A stretch of DNA of 64,000 bases from Nitrospirota bacterium (GCA_963754875.1 CAVWHO010000020.1:128001-192000), one strand, 5' to 3'. Positions 49,858-59,616 are shown, counted from the stretch's first letter. Made by a program: numbers and translations. The notes: generated by a model from the letters alone, not told the origin.

Positions 49858-50970
49858 TCATATTTGCGGCGGTCCTTTGCAGCGCGCGGGCTGCATGATC
49901 TCGATGGTACGCATTGTTCGTTCGCCGCAGGCAGGGCATTTGGCGACGTCGATGCCGGCGATCCTGAGCAGGGATTCCTGCCACGTCTCGGTTTTCTGTT
50001 CCCCCTTGTTCTGCTCGGCGCAGGCTAGAAGCTCCCTGCAGCGATCGAGTTTCTTCTTACGGCATCTGTTGCCCAACAAACCGTAGTGCCTGATCTTCAC
50101 GAACCTGTCGGGAAGGACGTGAAGCAGGAACCGCCTGATGAACTCATCGGGCTTAAGAGGCATGATTTTGGTTTTGTTGTTATCGGCGTAGTCGCGCCAC
50201 CGGAAGGAAACTTCGTCTTTATCGATCTTCACGAGCCGGTGATTGCTGATCGCGATACGGTGAGTGTACCTGCCGAGATATTCAAGAACACCCTTGGTTC
50301 CGTCGAACGGCGGCTTGCAGTAAACGACCCATTTCTTCTTGTACAGATCGGTGATCAAAGCCTTGAATGCCCCCGGCGACGCAAAATGGCTTACGGCGCC
50401 GGGGTAAATGAGTTTATTTTCGGCACGGAGCTTTTCCAGATAAGCAATAAATTTTCCCCGAAAGAGCTTCGACATCACTTTGACCGGGAGGAAGAAGTCA
50501 TTCTTGCATGACTTCCATTTCCGTCCATCACGGGACAAGCCTCCGCCGGTGACGATGTTGTGGAGGTGCGGATGGTCCATGAGATTCTGTCCCCACGTGT
50601 GTAGGATCGAGATAAACCCGATGTCAGCGCCAAGATGCTTCCGGTTTTCCGAGAGCTGGGCCAGGGTTTCTGAGGCGGACTTGAACAGGATTCCGTAGAG
50701 AACTTCCTGATTCCGGAGCACCAGAGGATTGAGAAGATCGGGGAGGGTGAAGATAACATGGAAGTACGGGATGGGAAGCAGATCTTTCTCCCGAGCCTCT
50801 ATCCACTGCTCTTTTTTGAGGAACTGGCACTTGGGACAATGCCGGTTTCTGCAGGAGTTGTACGAGATCACTTTCGTTCCGCAGTGCTCGCACTCGTCCA
50901 CGTGGCCGCCTTGGTCGGCGGTACGGCAGGTTTCAATCGCCCGCATGGCGCGAAGACGATTCAAGGGCAT
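49858..50970 (-). CDS. IS91-family (Y2 HUH) transposase with N-terminal Zn-binding domain
   Basis: CRT..GG..CEHCG..YNSCRNRHCPKCQ, LHTWGQNLMDHPHLH (HUH), YLGRY; family-like IEVADIFRRYG begins near 51027 without an in-frame ATG. Confidence 0.9.
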   Translation of the reverse strand: MPLNRLRAMRAIETCRTADQGGHVDECEHCGTKVISYNSCRNRHCPKCQFLKKEQWIEAREKDLLPIPYFHVIFTLPDLLNPLVLRNQEVLYGILFKSASETLAQLSENRKHLGADIGFISILHTWGQNLMDHPHLHNIVTGGGLSRDGRKWKSCKNDFFLPVKVMSKLFRGKFIAYLEKLRAENKLIYPGAVSHFASPGAFKALITDLYKKKWVVYCKPPFDGTKGVLEYLGRYTHRIAISNHRLVKIDKDEVSFRWRDYADNNKTKIMPLKPDEFIRRFLLHVLPDRFVKIRHYGLLGNRCRKKKLDRCRELLACAEQNKGEQKTETWQESLLRIAGIDVAKCPACGERTMRTIEIMQPARCKGPPQI

Positions 50971-51072
50971 GGGATGAGCGTTCCGGTAAAGAGGACCGTA
51001 CCGGCGAAAGATGTCCGCGACTTCGATCTGTCGGCTATCTCGCGTCTACACGGCGGGTGTCGCGTGTGCAGG

Positions 51073-51267
51073 CTACGAGGGTTGCGAAGGATTTGAGAAG
51101 GGGCCTAAGTCCAGAGGGCTCACGATTTTCGAGAGGTTCTTTTTGCTCACGTGGAGATAAATGGTGGTCGTTCTCACCGACGCATGGCCGAGCAGAAGCT
51201 GAATATAGTGCAGATCAGCTCCCGACTCCAGCAGGTGTGTGGCGAAGCTGTGGCGGCTATTCCGCAT
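51073..51267 (-). pseudogene. C-terminal stub of the tyrosine recombinase paired with the IS91 transposase
   Basis: [42 protein letters not shown]. Confidence 0.8.
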
Positions 51268-51433
51268 GCGGAATAGCCGCCATTCATTTGCCACCCACCT
51301 TTTGCAGGCCGGCTATGACCTCCGCACGATCCAGGAACTGCTCGGGCACGCCGATATCCGGACGACGATGATCTACACCCACTGCGTGCCGAGCAAAACA
51401 TTGAAAGAGATGAAGATCCCGTTGGATTTCTAG
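51266..51433 (+). pseudogene. intI: C-terminal stub of integron integrase
   Basis: [40 protein letters not shown] matches the IntI-type GYDIRT.QELLGH.DV.TTMIYTH tail; oriented away from the cassette array. Confidence 0.75.
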
Positions 51434-51967
51434 GAAGGGAACATACGACTGAAGCTTGTGAACCGCGATGGCGACAGTTTATGCCGTGCCATGACAATAA
51501 CAGGGAACAGGGTACTTTCGTGCAGAAAACGAATATGTGGTTCTCTGTGCGGGATAATGAGTAGTTGAATTTTATCATGAATCGGATTATCATTGCTTAC
51601 TATCATTCGTATCAGCATTTAACTGGAAAAACTTTTAATTGTGCATTATCAAAAACCATCAGTTAACGGCTCACGTTTTGATCGATTTCATTTCATACTG
51701 CAATGCTGTTTACGCAATCCTTACGTTTTCTTTCATTAATGAAATATTCCTTTAAAGTTATTCGTCGTTTATGCCGATAAGTTAGATGAAGTGCGCGAGG
51801 TGCTTTTGCTCGAACAGGATGATCGGACGAGGCATTCAAGATGTCTGAATTCATTGTTTCTTTGCTCAAAAAAACATCCTCTTCGGTTGACAACTAAACA
51901 AAATGATGCTTAATTCCAGTCATCTGTTTTTTTATTTATTTAAAATCAATCGAGCCGGAGGTCGTAC

Positions 51968-52813
51968 ATGTATATTGTATTCCTCATCGCTGTAACTATG
52001 GGACTTATAGGCACCGCAGCCTACTTCTCGGTGTTCGGCATTGCCAGCATGTTCGCCTACAACTACATACCGGCCATGATCATGGGCATCACGCTCGAGG
52101 CGAGCAAGATCGGGGTTGCCGTTTACCTGTTTCGCTATTGGACGTTCATGTCCCGTCTGTTTAAAACGATTCTTATCGTATTTCTGGTGTCCCTCATGTT
52201 CATCACTTCTGTCGGCATTTTCGGCTTCCTGAGCCAGGGCTATCAGAAGACATCGGAGGATTTTAATCTCCTGTCCCTGGAACTGAAGAACCTCGAGGAT
52301 GACTATAAAGTCAAAACAGCCCGTTTGGAGGACATTAATTCTCAGATCGCCCTTCTTCCTGCTCAATCGGTAACCAACAAGATCCGCCTGTCCCGGGAGT
52401 TCAGCGACGAACAGGCCGAGATCCGGGACCGGCTGGCGGTGATCGGGCCGAAGGTCCAGGAACTGAAAGTCAAACGGCTCGCCTTTGAAACCCACATCGG
52501 TCCCATTGCGTATGTGGCCCGCATGCTGAAAGCGCCCCAGGACACGGTCGTCTTTTTTGCGATCCTGATGCTGGTGTTTGTCGCCGATCCTCTGGCCATC
52601 ACGCTCACGATTGCGAGCAATATGGTCCTCATCCGCTATTGGGAGCATGCCCGGCCGCAAGCCTCCAACCAGGCGTTCAAGTCTCCCATGGTGTTCAACA
52701 ATATCCTGAACCGGGTGCAGACCATGGCAAAGGAATCCTATGAGCACACGTTCAAGAAGAAGCGGGTCCGCAAAAAAGCCGCCAAGACCAAGACGAGCAG
52801 AAAAAAGAAATAG
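51968..52813 (+). CDS. Membrane protein with coiled coil and basic tail, unknown function
   Basis: RBS GGAGG; 3 N-terminal TMs (AAYFSVFG..LEASK..TSVGIFGFLS), coiled coil, IGPIAY..DPLAI. Confidence 0.75.
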   Translation: MYIVFLIAVTMGLIGTAAYFSVFGIASMFAYNYIPAMIMGITLEASKIGVAVYLFRYWTFMSRLFKTILIVFLVSLMFITSVGIFGFLSQGYQKTSEDFNLLSLELKNLEDDYKVKTARLEDINSQIALLPAQSVTNKIRLSREFSDEQAEIRDRLAVIGPKVQELKVKRLAFETHIGPIAYVARMLKAPQDTVVFFAILMLVFVADPLAITLTIASNMVLIRYWEHARPQASNQAFKSPMVFNNILNRVQTMAKESYEHTFKKKRVRKKAAKTKTSRKKK

Positions 52814-52834
52814 AAAAGGGAAGGCGGAGAATTC

Positions 52835-53542
52835 ATGAGGAAACTGCTGAGTATTGTTCTTCTCCTGACCGCGGCAGGCTGCGCCACAACACTCCGCGCA
52901 CCGGAACCGGCGCCCCCGGAAACTGCTCAGGCGCCGCAGACGGTTCGTATCGAACCGGCGCCAGTGCCGCCTCTCGAAAAACCGGCCGCAATAATCACAG
53001 AACCTGCGTCACCTGTGCCAGGACACGGGGCGTCCCGGCCGCTTGCCGGGGAAAAAGAAAAACCGGAGCATCATCCTGCAACGGCCCGGAAGCCTGGAGA
53101 TCAGGCACAACCTCCCGTCGTCGCATCGAAACAACCGGGGACGCCGGCTGTAGAACAGAGAACAAGGCCCTCTGAGGAGTTACGGGAAAAACCCGTGCCT
53201 GACCATAAACTGCGGCCCCTGGCTGAGTTTGCCGCTGCCAACGACGATAAATTAATGAACGTGTACGTGGGAATGTATAAGAAGACCGTGGAGACGATCA
53301 TGGGCCCGGACCGCCGCAATCCTTACCGGAAGACGACGATCACGGGTAGAGAAGACCAGGTTTACGAGGTCCTGTTCTACCTCACGAGGGAACCGCGCCA
53401 GGGCAAGCCGATAACAGACCGGATGCTGTCGCCGGTCATTTTCAGGAAAGGCCGTGTTGTGGCAATGGGAAACTATAAGCTCAAAAAGCTGATACGCGAC
53501 GGAACGCTTGAGCGCCGGAGACCGGTGCTGAGCGTTCAATAA
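52835..53542 (+). CDS. Lipoprotein with Pro-rich linker and DUF3192-like C-terminal domain
   Basis: AAG-C lipobox; NPY..YEVLFYLT..PVIF..GRVVAMG. Confidence 0.65.
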   Translation: MRKLLSIVLLLTAAGCATTLRAPEPAPPETAQAPQTVRIEPAPVPPLEKPAAIITEPASPVPGHGASRPLAGEKEKPEHHPATARKPGDQAQPPVVASKQPGTPAVEQRTRPSEELREKPVPDHKLRPLAEFAAANDDKLMNVYVGMYKKTVETIMGPDRRNPYRKTTITGREDQVYEVLFYLTREPRQGKPITDRMLSPVIFRKGRVVAMGNYKLKKLIRDGTLERRRPVLSVQ

Positions 53543-53559
53543 TAAGCTTACGAAAAATT

Positions 53560-53596
53560 AAAAAGGCTGGGGATTAAACACCCCCAACCTTTTTTT
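53560..53596. terminator. Bidirectional terminator between convergent genes
   Basis: aaaaaggctgggg-attaaacac-ccccaaccttttt. Confidence 0.65.
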
Positions 53597-53741
53597 ATTT
53601 TACTGCAGCAACGTCTCTTCCTCAATTTCTGAGATACTTCTCATAAAAAAAATTAGAATCAATTCCACAGGAGTAAAAGTCATTTTTTTGCGTCTCTGCG
53701 GCAAAAAAGGGTCTTGACGTGAAGTCCAAATAAACGGGCCT

Positions 53742-55106
53742 TTATGAGATCCCGAGTTTTTTCCTGAGTGTCAACCTGTTGATGCCAAGCAGCCTGGCGG
53801 TCTCGGACTGGTTCTCCCGTGTATGAGACAGGAGATAGGCGAACACATGCCGGTCCACTTCGGTATGGACCTTGTCATAGATGTTTTTCTCCTTGTTGTC
53901 GAGCGCTTTTTTTACAAAGGGGACGAGTACGGCTGCAAGGGCGTCTGCATCGCCTGCCGGGGGCCTTGCCGTGGAATGCGAACCCAGGTCCCTCAGTTCC
54001 TGCGTAGTCAGGTAGTCTGTTTTGCAAAGGGCGATTGCCGACCGGAGGGTGTTTTCCAGCTCGCGAATGTTGCCCGGCCAGTCATAGGTGAGAAGCCGGT
54101 CCATGAAGGCCTTGGTCACTCCCTTGATCGGCTTCTGCGCCGTATGGGCATGGCGGTAGAACAGGCACTGGACCAGCGGCGCGATGTCCTTCTTGCGTTC
54201 GCGAAGCGGCGGCACGTGGATCGATGCGACGCGGAGCCGGTGATAAAGGTCTTCCCGGAACTTTCCTTCGCGCACCATGTCGGCAAGGTCGCGGTTCGTT
54301 GCCGAGATCACGCGTACGTTCACCTGTACCTCTTTCGTGCTGCCCACAGGATAAAATGTCTGGGTCTGAAGAAAGCGCAGGAGCTTTCCCTGGAGCTGCA
54401 GCGGAAGCTCTCCGATCTCGTCGAAGAACACGGAGCCTCCGTCGGCAGCTTTGAGCATGCCTTCTTTGGAGGCCACGGCGCCGGTGAATGCTCCGCGTTC
54501 ATGGCCGAAGAGTTCCGATTCAAGCAAAGTGTCGGGCACGGCAGCTGAATTGATGACAACGAAGGGTTTGCCGAAGCGAAAAGAAAGCTGCGCAATCGCC
54601 TCGGCTACCAGTTCCTTTCCGGTGCCCGTCTCACCGGTGACGAGAACGGGGACCTCGACCTGAGCGATGCGCGCGATTTTTTCGCACAGGCTCATGACGA
54701 GCGTGGACCTGCCCACGATGACACACGTTGCGGCAGGCGCCAGCAGGTCCTTCGATATCGTTACGGTGTGCTCCATTTCCGTGGTGAGCCCCTGCAGCTC
54801 CGCCAGGAGCCGCTCGAACCGCTCCTTCCTGAGCGGCCTCCGCATGATTTCATAGGCGCCCCACGTGGCGGCCTCCATGACCGGACCGGTCCGTTCCTGG
54901 TCCGTGATAGCGATGACGAACGTCCGTTCGCTGTATCCCTTGATCACCTGGGCATCAATCGAATCGAGGTCCACAAGAACGAAATATTCATCCCGGCCGG
55001 AGATCCCCGACTTACGGCCGGTCGTCAGCTTGTACCCTTTCGGCAGGATGGCGGAAACCTCCTGCTCCAGAGACTGGTCTTTCGTCAACAGCAGCACTTT
55101 TTTCAT
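53742..55106 (-). CDS. sigma54-dependent enhancer-binding protein with degenerate receiver domain
   Basis: GETGTGKE, ESELFGHERGAFTGA, WPGNIREL, Fis-type HTH. Confidence 0.92.
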   Translation of the reverse strand: MKKVLLLTKDQSLEQEVSAILPKGYKLTTGRKSGISGRDEYFVLVDLDSIDAQVIKGYSERTFVIAITDQERTGPVMEAATWGAYEIMRRPLRKERFERLLAELQGLTTEMEHTVTISKDLLAPAATCVIVGRSTLVMSLCEKIARIAQVEVPVLVTGETGTGKELVAEAIAQLSFRFGKPFVVINSAAVPDTLLESELFGHERGAFTGAVASKEGMLKAADGGSVFFDEIGELPLQLQGKLLRFLQTQTFYPVGSTKEVQVNVRVISATNRDLADMVREGKFREDLYHRLRVASIHVPPLRERKKDIAPLVQCLFYRHAHTAQKPIKGVTKAFMDRLLTYDWPGNIRELENTLRSAIALCKTDYLTTQELRDLGSHSTARPPAGDADALAAVLVPFVKKALDNKEKNIYDKVHTEVDRHVFAYLLSHTRENQSETARLLGINRLTLRKKLGIS

Positions 55107-55129
55107 AGCGCCTCCCTAATGTTTAAATA

Positions 55130-55158
55130 ATATACAGTATGTATATTTATAAATCAAT
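55130..55158 (-). promoter_or_regulatory. sigma70 promoter overlapped by a palindromic operator
   Basis: Minus strand TTGATT-17 nt-TATATT; ATATACA-gta-TGTATAT at 55130-55146. Confidence 0.5.
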
Positions 55159-55445
55159 TCTTTTTCTTTATTGCCTAGCCGGAACCAACGTTTTGGTTGC
55201 AACAGTGTGCCGTCGTCCGGACGCGATATCTCGCAGGTTGATCCACACTTTATTTCCTTTACGCATTATTACCGTTTAACTCCATCACGAGTTCGATATC
55301 TGTTATTTTCTGGCCTGTCCTGAATTGTTCTGCACTTTATTATTCAGCATATGGACACTAGTAATCGGGTTTCGTGGGGAAATGTTATAGTAATTATGAG
55401 GGCTCTTTTCAATGCGAGTGACATCTGATTGAGTGGAGGATTGAC

Positions 55446-56387
55446 ATGTTTGGATGCAGAACCATTTTGGGGTTTGTTCTCGCGTGCATTATCGGCTTGA
55501 CCGGATGCAATGGAAAAGAAGCGCCGCGAAAAATTAGTCTTGAAAAGCGCCAAGAGACGCCCCGTCAAATTGATCTTCGGGAGCTGCATCTCCGCATCGC
55601 CGTCGGAGGCATGATCACCCCAAAGGCCGGGTACGGGTATTACCGGCAGTTTTTGGACTACATCGGCGAAAAGGTCGGCATGCAGGTGGATTTTGTGGAC
55701 CGCGATAATTATGCGGAGATCAACAAGCTGGTCAATACCGGCAACGTTGATGTCGCCTTTGTCTGCGGCGGCCCTTATGTGATAGGGCATGATAAATTCG
55801 GCATGGAGCTCCTGGCAGCGCCTCAGGCCTACGGCAAGACTGTCTACTATTCCTATATCATCGTTAACAGAGACAGTACCATAAGCGGGTTCGAAGGTTT
55901 GCGAGGAAAAAGCTTTGCCTTTACCGATCCTCTTTCCAACTCAGGCACGCTCGTGCCCACCTATATGCTTGCGCGGATGCATGAAACACCAAACACCTAT
56001 TTCAGCAAAACCATCTTCACACAGACCCACGATAAATCAATCAAGGCTGTTGCGCAGGGAATCGTGGACGGTGCGTCGGTGGACAGCCTCATCTGGGAAT
56101 ATGAGAACCGCGCGGATCCGGAATTTACTTCCCGGACAAGAATCATTAAAAAGTCTCTCCCCTACGGCATCCCGCCCGTTGTCGTTCGTCCGGGTTTAGA
56201 CCCCAAATTGAAGGAACAAATTCGTGTGGTCTTACTGAACGCCCATCATGATCCTAAAGGAAAGGCAATTCTGGCGGGCATGATGATCGATAAGTTCGTT
56301 CCTATCGGGGACAGCGCTTACGACTCCATCAGGGAAATGGATAAATGGATCGCGGACCATAGAGAAAAAGGAAACAAAAAACCGTAA
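55446..56387 (+). CDS. PhnD-like phosphate/phosphite/phosphonate-binding lipoprotein
   Basis: LTG-C lipobox; YYSYIIV, FAFTDPLSNSG, THDKSI; no ABC permease or ATPase adjacent. Confidence 0.85.
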   Translation: MFGCRTILGFVLACIIGLTGCNGKEAPRKISLEKRQETPRQIDLRELHLRIAVGGMITPKAGYGYYRQFLDYIGEKVGMQVDFVDRDNYAEINKLVNTGNVDVAFVCGGPYVIGHDKFGMELLAAPQAYGKTVYYSYIIVNRDSTISGFEGLRGKSFAFTDPLSNSGTLVPTYMLARMHETPNTYFSKTIFTQTHDKSIKAVAQGIVDGASVDSLIWEYENRADPEFTSRTRIIKKSLPYGIPPVVVRPGLDPKLKEQIRVVLLNAHHDPKGKAILAGMMIDKFVPIGDSAYDSIREMDKWIADHREKGNKKP

Positions 56388-56392
56388 GCATT

Positions 56393-57727
56393 ATGCAATC
56401 ACTTCGACTCAAGACAAAATTTTTTATCGGAACGATCAGCATCGTCGTGCTCCTTGGCCTGGCGATGATCCTGTTTGTCGAGATTGTCGTGTATAAACAG
56501 TTGTATGCCAATCTTGAAAAAAGGGGCATATTCATGGCCCGCAAGATCGCAACGGACAGCATTGACCCCATTTTGACGGAAAAGTTTTTTGAGCTCCAGA
56601 TGCTGATCAAGGACCAGAAAAACGCGGAAGATGATATAGAATATATTTTCGTTCAGAATGCACGAGGCGACGTCCTTGCGCACACGTTTGAACAGGGGTT
56701 CCCTGAAGACCTGCGACAGTTGGATGGCACCGGCAACGGCCGTACCAACGAAATCCAGCGTCTCTCCACCGAGCGGGGCGTAATCCTCGATTTCCCTTCT
56801 CCACTGCTCAATGGTACGATCGGTCGGCTGCACTTGGGGCTCTCGGAAGGGCCTGTCAGGGCAGGTGTGAATAAAGTCGTGGTTCTGTTGATGTGGACCA
56901 TCGTTGCTGTGCTGATCCTCGGCGGAGGATCGGCCGTGGTCCTTGCCAGGTCGATAACAAAGCCGGTCCACCTCCTTGCCGTTGCAGCCCAGTCCCTCGA
57001 GCACGGCAATCTTAACACCAGGGTTCCGGTCCGCACACAGGACGAGGTAGGACAGCTGGCAATGGCCTTCAACAGGATGGCCGAGACCTTGATGTTTGTA
57101 AATGATGCTCTTAGTGCCGGTGAAAAAAAGCTACGGGATATCACGTCGCATCTGGCGGAAGGACTCTATGTGATGGACTTGAACGGGAAGATCACGTTTA
57201 TGAATCCGGAGGCTGCGAATCTTCTGGGACGGAGCATGGACGAACTGAATGAGGGCGGACATTTTCTCATTCATAACCGAAAAGCCGATGGAACGCCGTT
57301 GCCGCTGGAAGAGTGCCGGATGCATAACGTCATCCGTACCGGGATACGATTCGTTTCGACAGAGGAAGTGTTTACCCGAAAGGACGGTACGGTCTTTCCG
57401 ATAGCCGTTGTCAGCAGTCCCCTTTTTGAAGAAGGGAAAATTGTGGGGTCCGTGACAGCTTTCCGGGACATCAGCAGGCAGAAAGAGCTGGAGCAGGACC
57501 GGGACCAGTTGATTCTCGCCTACCGGGATGCCCTTGAACGCGTCAAGACCTTGAAAGGATTCATTCCGATCTGTTCTTCCTGCAAAAAAATCCGCAACGA
57601 CAGCGGATTCTGGAGCCAGATCGAAGCATATATCAGCGAGCATTCAGATGTGGAGTTCAGTCACGGCATTTGTCCGGATTGTGCGCAAAAGCTTTATCCC
57701 GAATTTTACAAAGAAAAAGATCCTTAG
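56393..57727 (+). CDS. Membrane sensor: periplasmic domain, HAMP, PAS and C-terminal Cys-rich domain; no kinase domain
   Basis: 2 TMs; DEVGQLAMAFNRM; NPEAANLLG..RKDGT; IPICSSCKKIR..W..FSHGICPDC. Confidence 0.8.
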   Translation: MQSLRLKTKFFIGTISIVVLLGLAMILFVEIVVYKQLYANLEKRGIFMARKIATDSIDPILTEKFFELQMLIKDQKNAEDDIEYIFVQNARGDVLAHTFEQGFPEDLRQLDGTGNGRTNEIQRLSTERGVILDFPSPLLNGTIGRLHLGLSEGPVRAGVNKVVVLLMWTIVAVLILGGGSAVVLARSITKPVHLLAVAAQSLEHGNLNTRVPVRTQDEVGQLAMAFNRMAETLMFVNDALSAGEKKLRDITSHLAEGLYVMDLNGKITFMNPEAANLLGRSMDELNEGGHFLIHNRKADGTPLPLEECRMHNVIRTGIRFVSTEEVFTRKDGTVFPIAVVSSPLFEEGKIVGSVTAFRDISRQKELEQDRDQLILAYRDALERVKTLKGFIPICSSCKKIRNDSGFWSQIEAYISEHSDVEFSHGICPDCAQKLYPEFYKEKDP

Positions 57728-57993
57728 CCTTGGACTTCTTGACCATGAAATAATCATGTCCAGATGCGCTGTTATTATCACTAAGCCACGGGGCCCGTCT
57801 GTGTTCCACGTCATGCTGCTTTTTCCCGCCTCGCCATCTTCGTTGTCATTGCAAGATGCTTCGAGATAAAGGACGTTTCCGATGCCGGCATTTGCTTTGT
57901 TCGACAGAATGTGATATTAATCGAATAGGGCAGGGTATGAAACAGGACCTGTGTCTCTTTCCGTCTTTCAAACTGGGGGGAGGTATCCATATC

Positions 57994-59616
57994 ATGAAGG
58001 CGTCGGACTTGCTTGTCAAATGTCTCGAAAATGAAGGTGTGGAGTATATCTTCGGCATTCCCGGCGAAGAAACACTCGACCTCATGGAGTCGCTCAGGAC
58101 CTCTCCCATAAAATTTATCATCACCCGTCATGAACAAGCCGCGGCCTTTATGGCGGACGCGTACGGCCGGCTTACCGGCAGGGCCGGGGTCTGCATTGCG
58201 ACGCTGGGACCGGGCGCTACAAACCTTTTGACGGGCGTAGCCGACGCCTATCTCGATGCTTCCCCCGTGGTCGCGATTACGGGACAGGCCGATCTCAAGC
58301 GGATCCACAAGGAATCGCATCAGTACATCAATATCGTCGATATTTACGAGAGCGTGACCAAGTGGAACGGCAGGATCGAGACGCCGGAAGTCATCCCCGA
58401 AATGGTACGGAAGGCCTTCAAACTTGCTGAAGCGGAAAAGCCGGGCCCTACGCACCTGGAGCTTCCCGAGAACATCGCCTCAATGAAAACGCATGAGATG
58501 TATGCGGCAATGATCCCGCCCATCAGGGCCAGGAGGAGCTCTCCTGACCGGCAGTCCCTCAGGAAAGCCGCTGATTTGATAGAGTCGGCAAATTTCCCCG
58601 TCATCCTGGCAGGTCACGGCATTGTTCGCAAGGCGGCAAACGCCCAACTCCAGCAGTTCGCCGAACTGCTGTGCGTCCCCGTGGTAACAACCTTCATGGG
58701 TAAGGGGGCGATCAGCGCTAAAAGCCCGGCCTGCATCGGAAGCCTCGGCCTCTCGAACGACCTCCAGATCGAGGACGTTTTCAGCCGCGCCGACCTCATC
58801 ATCGCCGCCGGGTACGGCCTCGTCGAATATGCTCCGAAAAACTGGAACCCGAAAATCGACAAGCGCATCATTCACATTGATTTCACGTCGAGCGAGGTCG
58901 ATCTCCACTACGTGCCCGAGGTCGAGATCGTTTCGGACATCCGGGAGAGCATTGAGCTCCTCGAGGGCATGCTCAGCACGAACAAGAAGAGCCAGTGCGC
59001 CATCGACCTCCATGCCAACTTCCGCGGGGAATTTGAACGCATCGGCTCGGAGAAGACCTGGCCCGTCCGGCCCCCGCAGGTGTTATACGGCATCAGGAAG
59101 GTGCTCGGAGATCCCGATATTTTGATCTCGGACGTGGGAACGTGCAAATTCTGGGCGGCGAAATTCTACCCCGTCTATGCCAACAATACGTTCATTTTGT
59201 CCAACGGATTCGCATCCATGGGGTTTTCCCTCCCGACAGCTATGGTAGCCAAGCTCGTGCACCCCGACCGCAAGGTGGTCGCCCTCTCCGGAGACGGCGG
59301 TTTTCTCATGAACCTGCAGGACCTCGAGACCGCGGTCCGGTTGAAGCTCAACATGGCCATTGTCGTTTTCAACGACAGCAGCTACAACCTGATCAAATGG
59401 AAATCCATGAAGAAGTTCGGCGCCTCCTATGGCGTCGATTTCACGAACCCTGATTTTATCAAGGTTGCCGACGGTTTCGGCGCCATCGGCATGAGGCTGA
59501 AAACAGCTGAAGACTTTGAGCCCATGCTCCGTGAGGCCCTGACCAGGGACGTGCCGGTCATCATTGACGTTCCGATCGATTATTCGGACAATGAACTTAT
59601 TTACAAACTCCTTTAG
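57994..59616 (+). CDS. Acetolactate synthase large subunit (ThDP enzyme)
   Basis: FGIPGEE, RHEQAAAFMA, TLGPGATN, SGDGGFLMN; start reassigned to ATG 57994 after GGAGG. Confidence 0.9.
   Translation: MKASDLLVKCLENEGVEYIFGIPGEETLDLMESLRTSPIKFIITRHEQAAAFMADAYGRLTGRAGVCIATLGPGATNLLTGVADAYLDASPVVAITGQADLKRIHKESHQYINIVDIYESVTKWNGRIETPEVIPEMVRKAFKLAEAEKPGPTHLELPENIASMKTHEMYAAMIPPIRARRSSPDRQSLRKAADLIESANFPVILAGHGIVRKAANAQLQQFAELLCVPVVTTFMGKGAISAKSPACIGSLGLSNDLQIEDVFSRADLIIAAGYGLVEYAPKNWNPKIDKRIIHIDFTSSEVDLHYVPEVEIVSDIRESIELLEGMLSTNKKSQCAIDLHANFRGEFERIGSEKTWPVRPPQVLYGIRKVLGDPDILISDVGTCKFWAAKFYPVYANNTFILSNGFASMGFSLPTAMVAKLVHPDRKVVALSGDGGFLMNLQDLETAVRLKLNMAIVVFNDSSYNLIKWKSMKKFGASYGVDFTNPDFIKVADGFGAIGMRLKTAEDFEPMLREALTRDVPVIIDVPIDYSDNELIYKLL

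Larger units (their letters stand above)
34021..51433 (-). mobile_element. Integron cassette array with truncated intI (now CALIN-like), invaded by several IS
   Basis: Co-oriented short minus-strand genes of mostly lower GC separated by RYYYAAC..GTTRRRY-like imperfect palindromes; divergent IntI C-terminal fragment at 51.3 kb. Confidence 0.88.

Noticed and set aside
51693..51893. Short ORFs in the AT-rich gap after intI
   Set aside because: No RBS or recognisable motif; probably non-coding.
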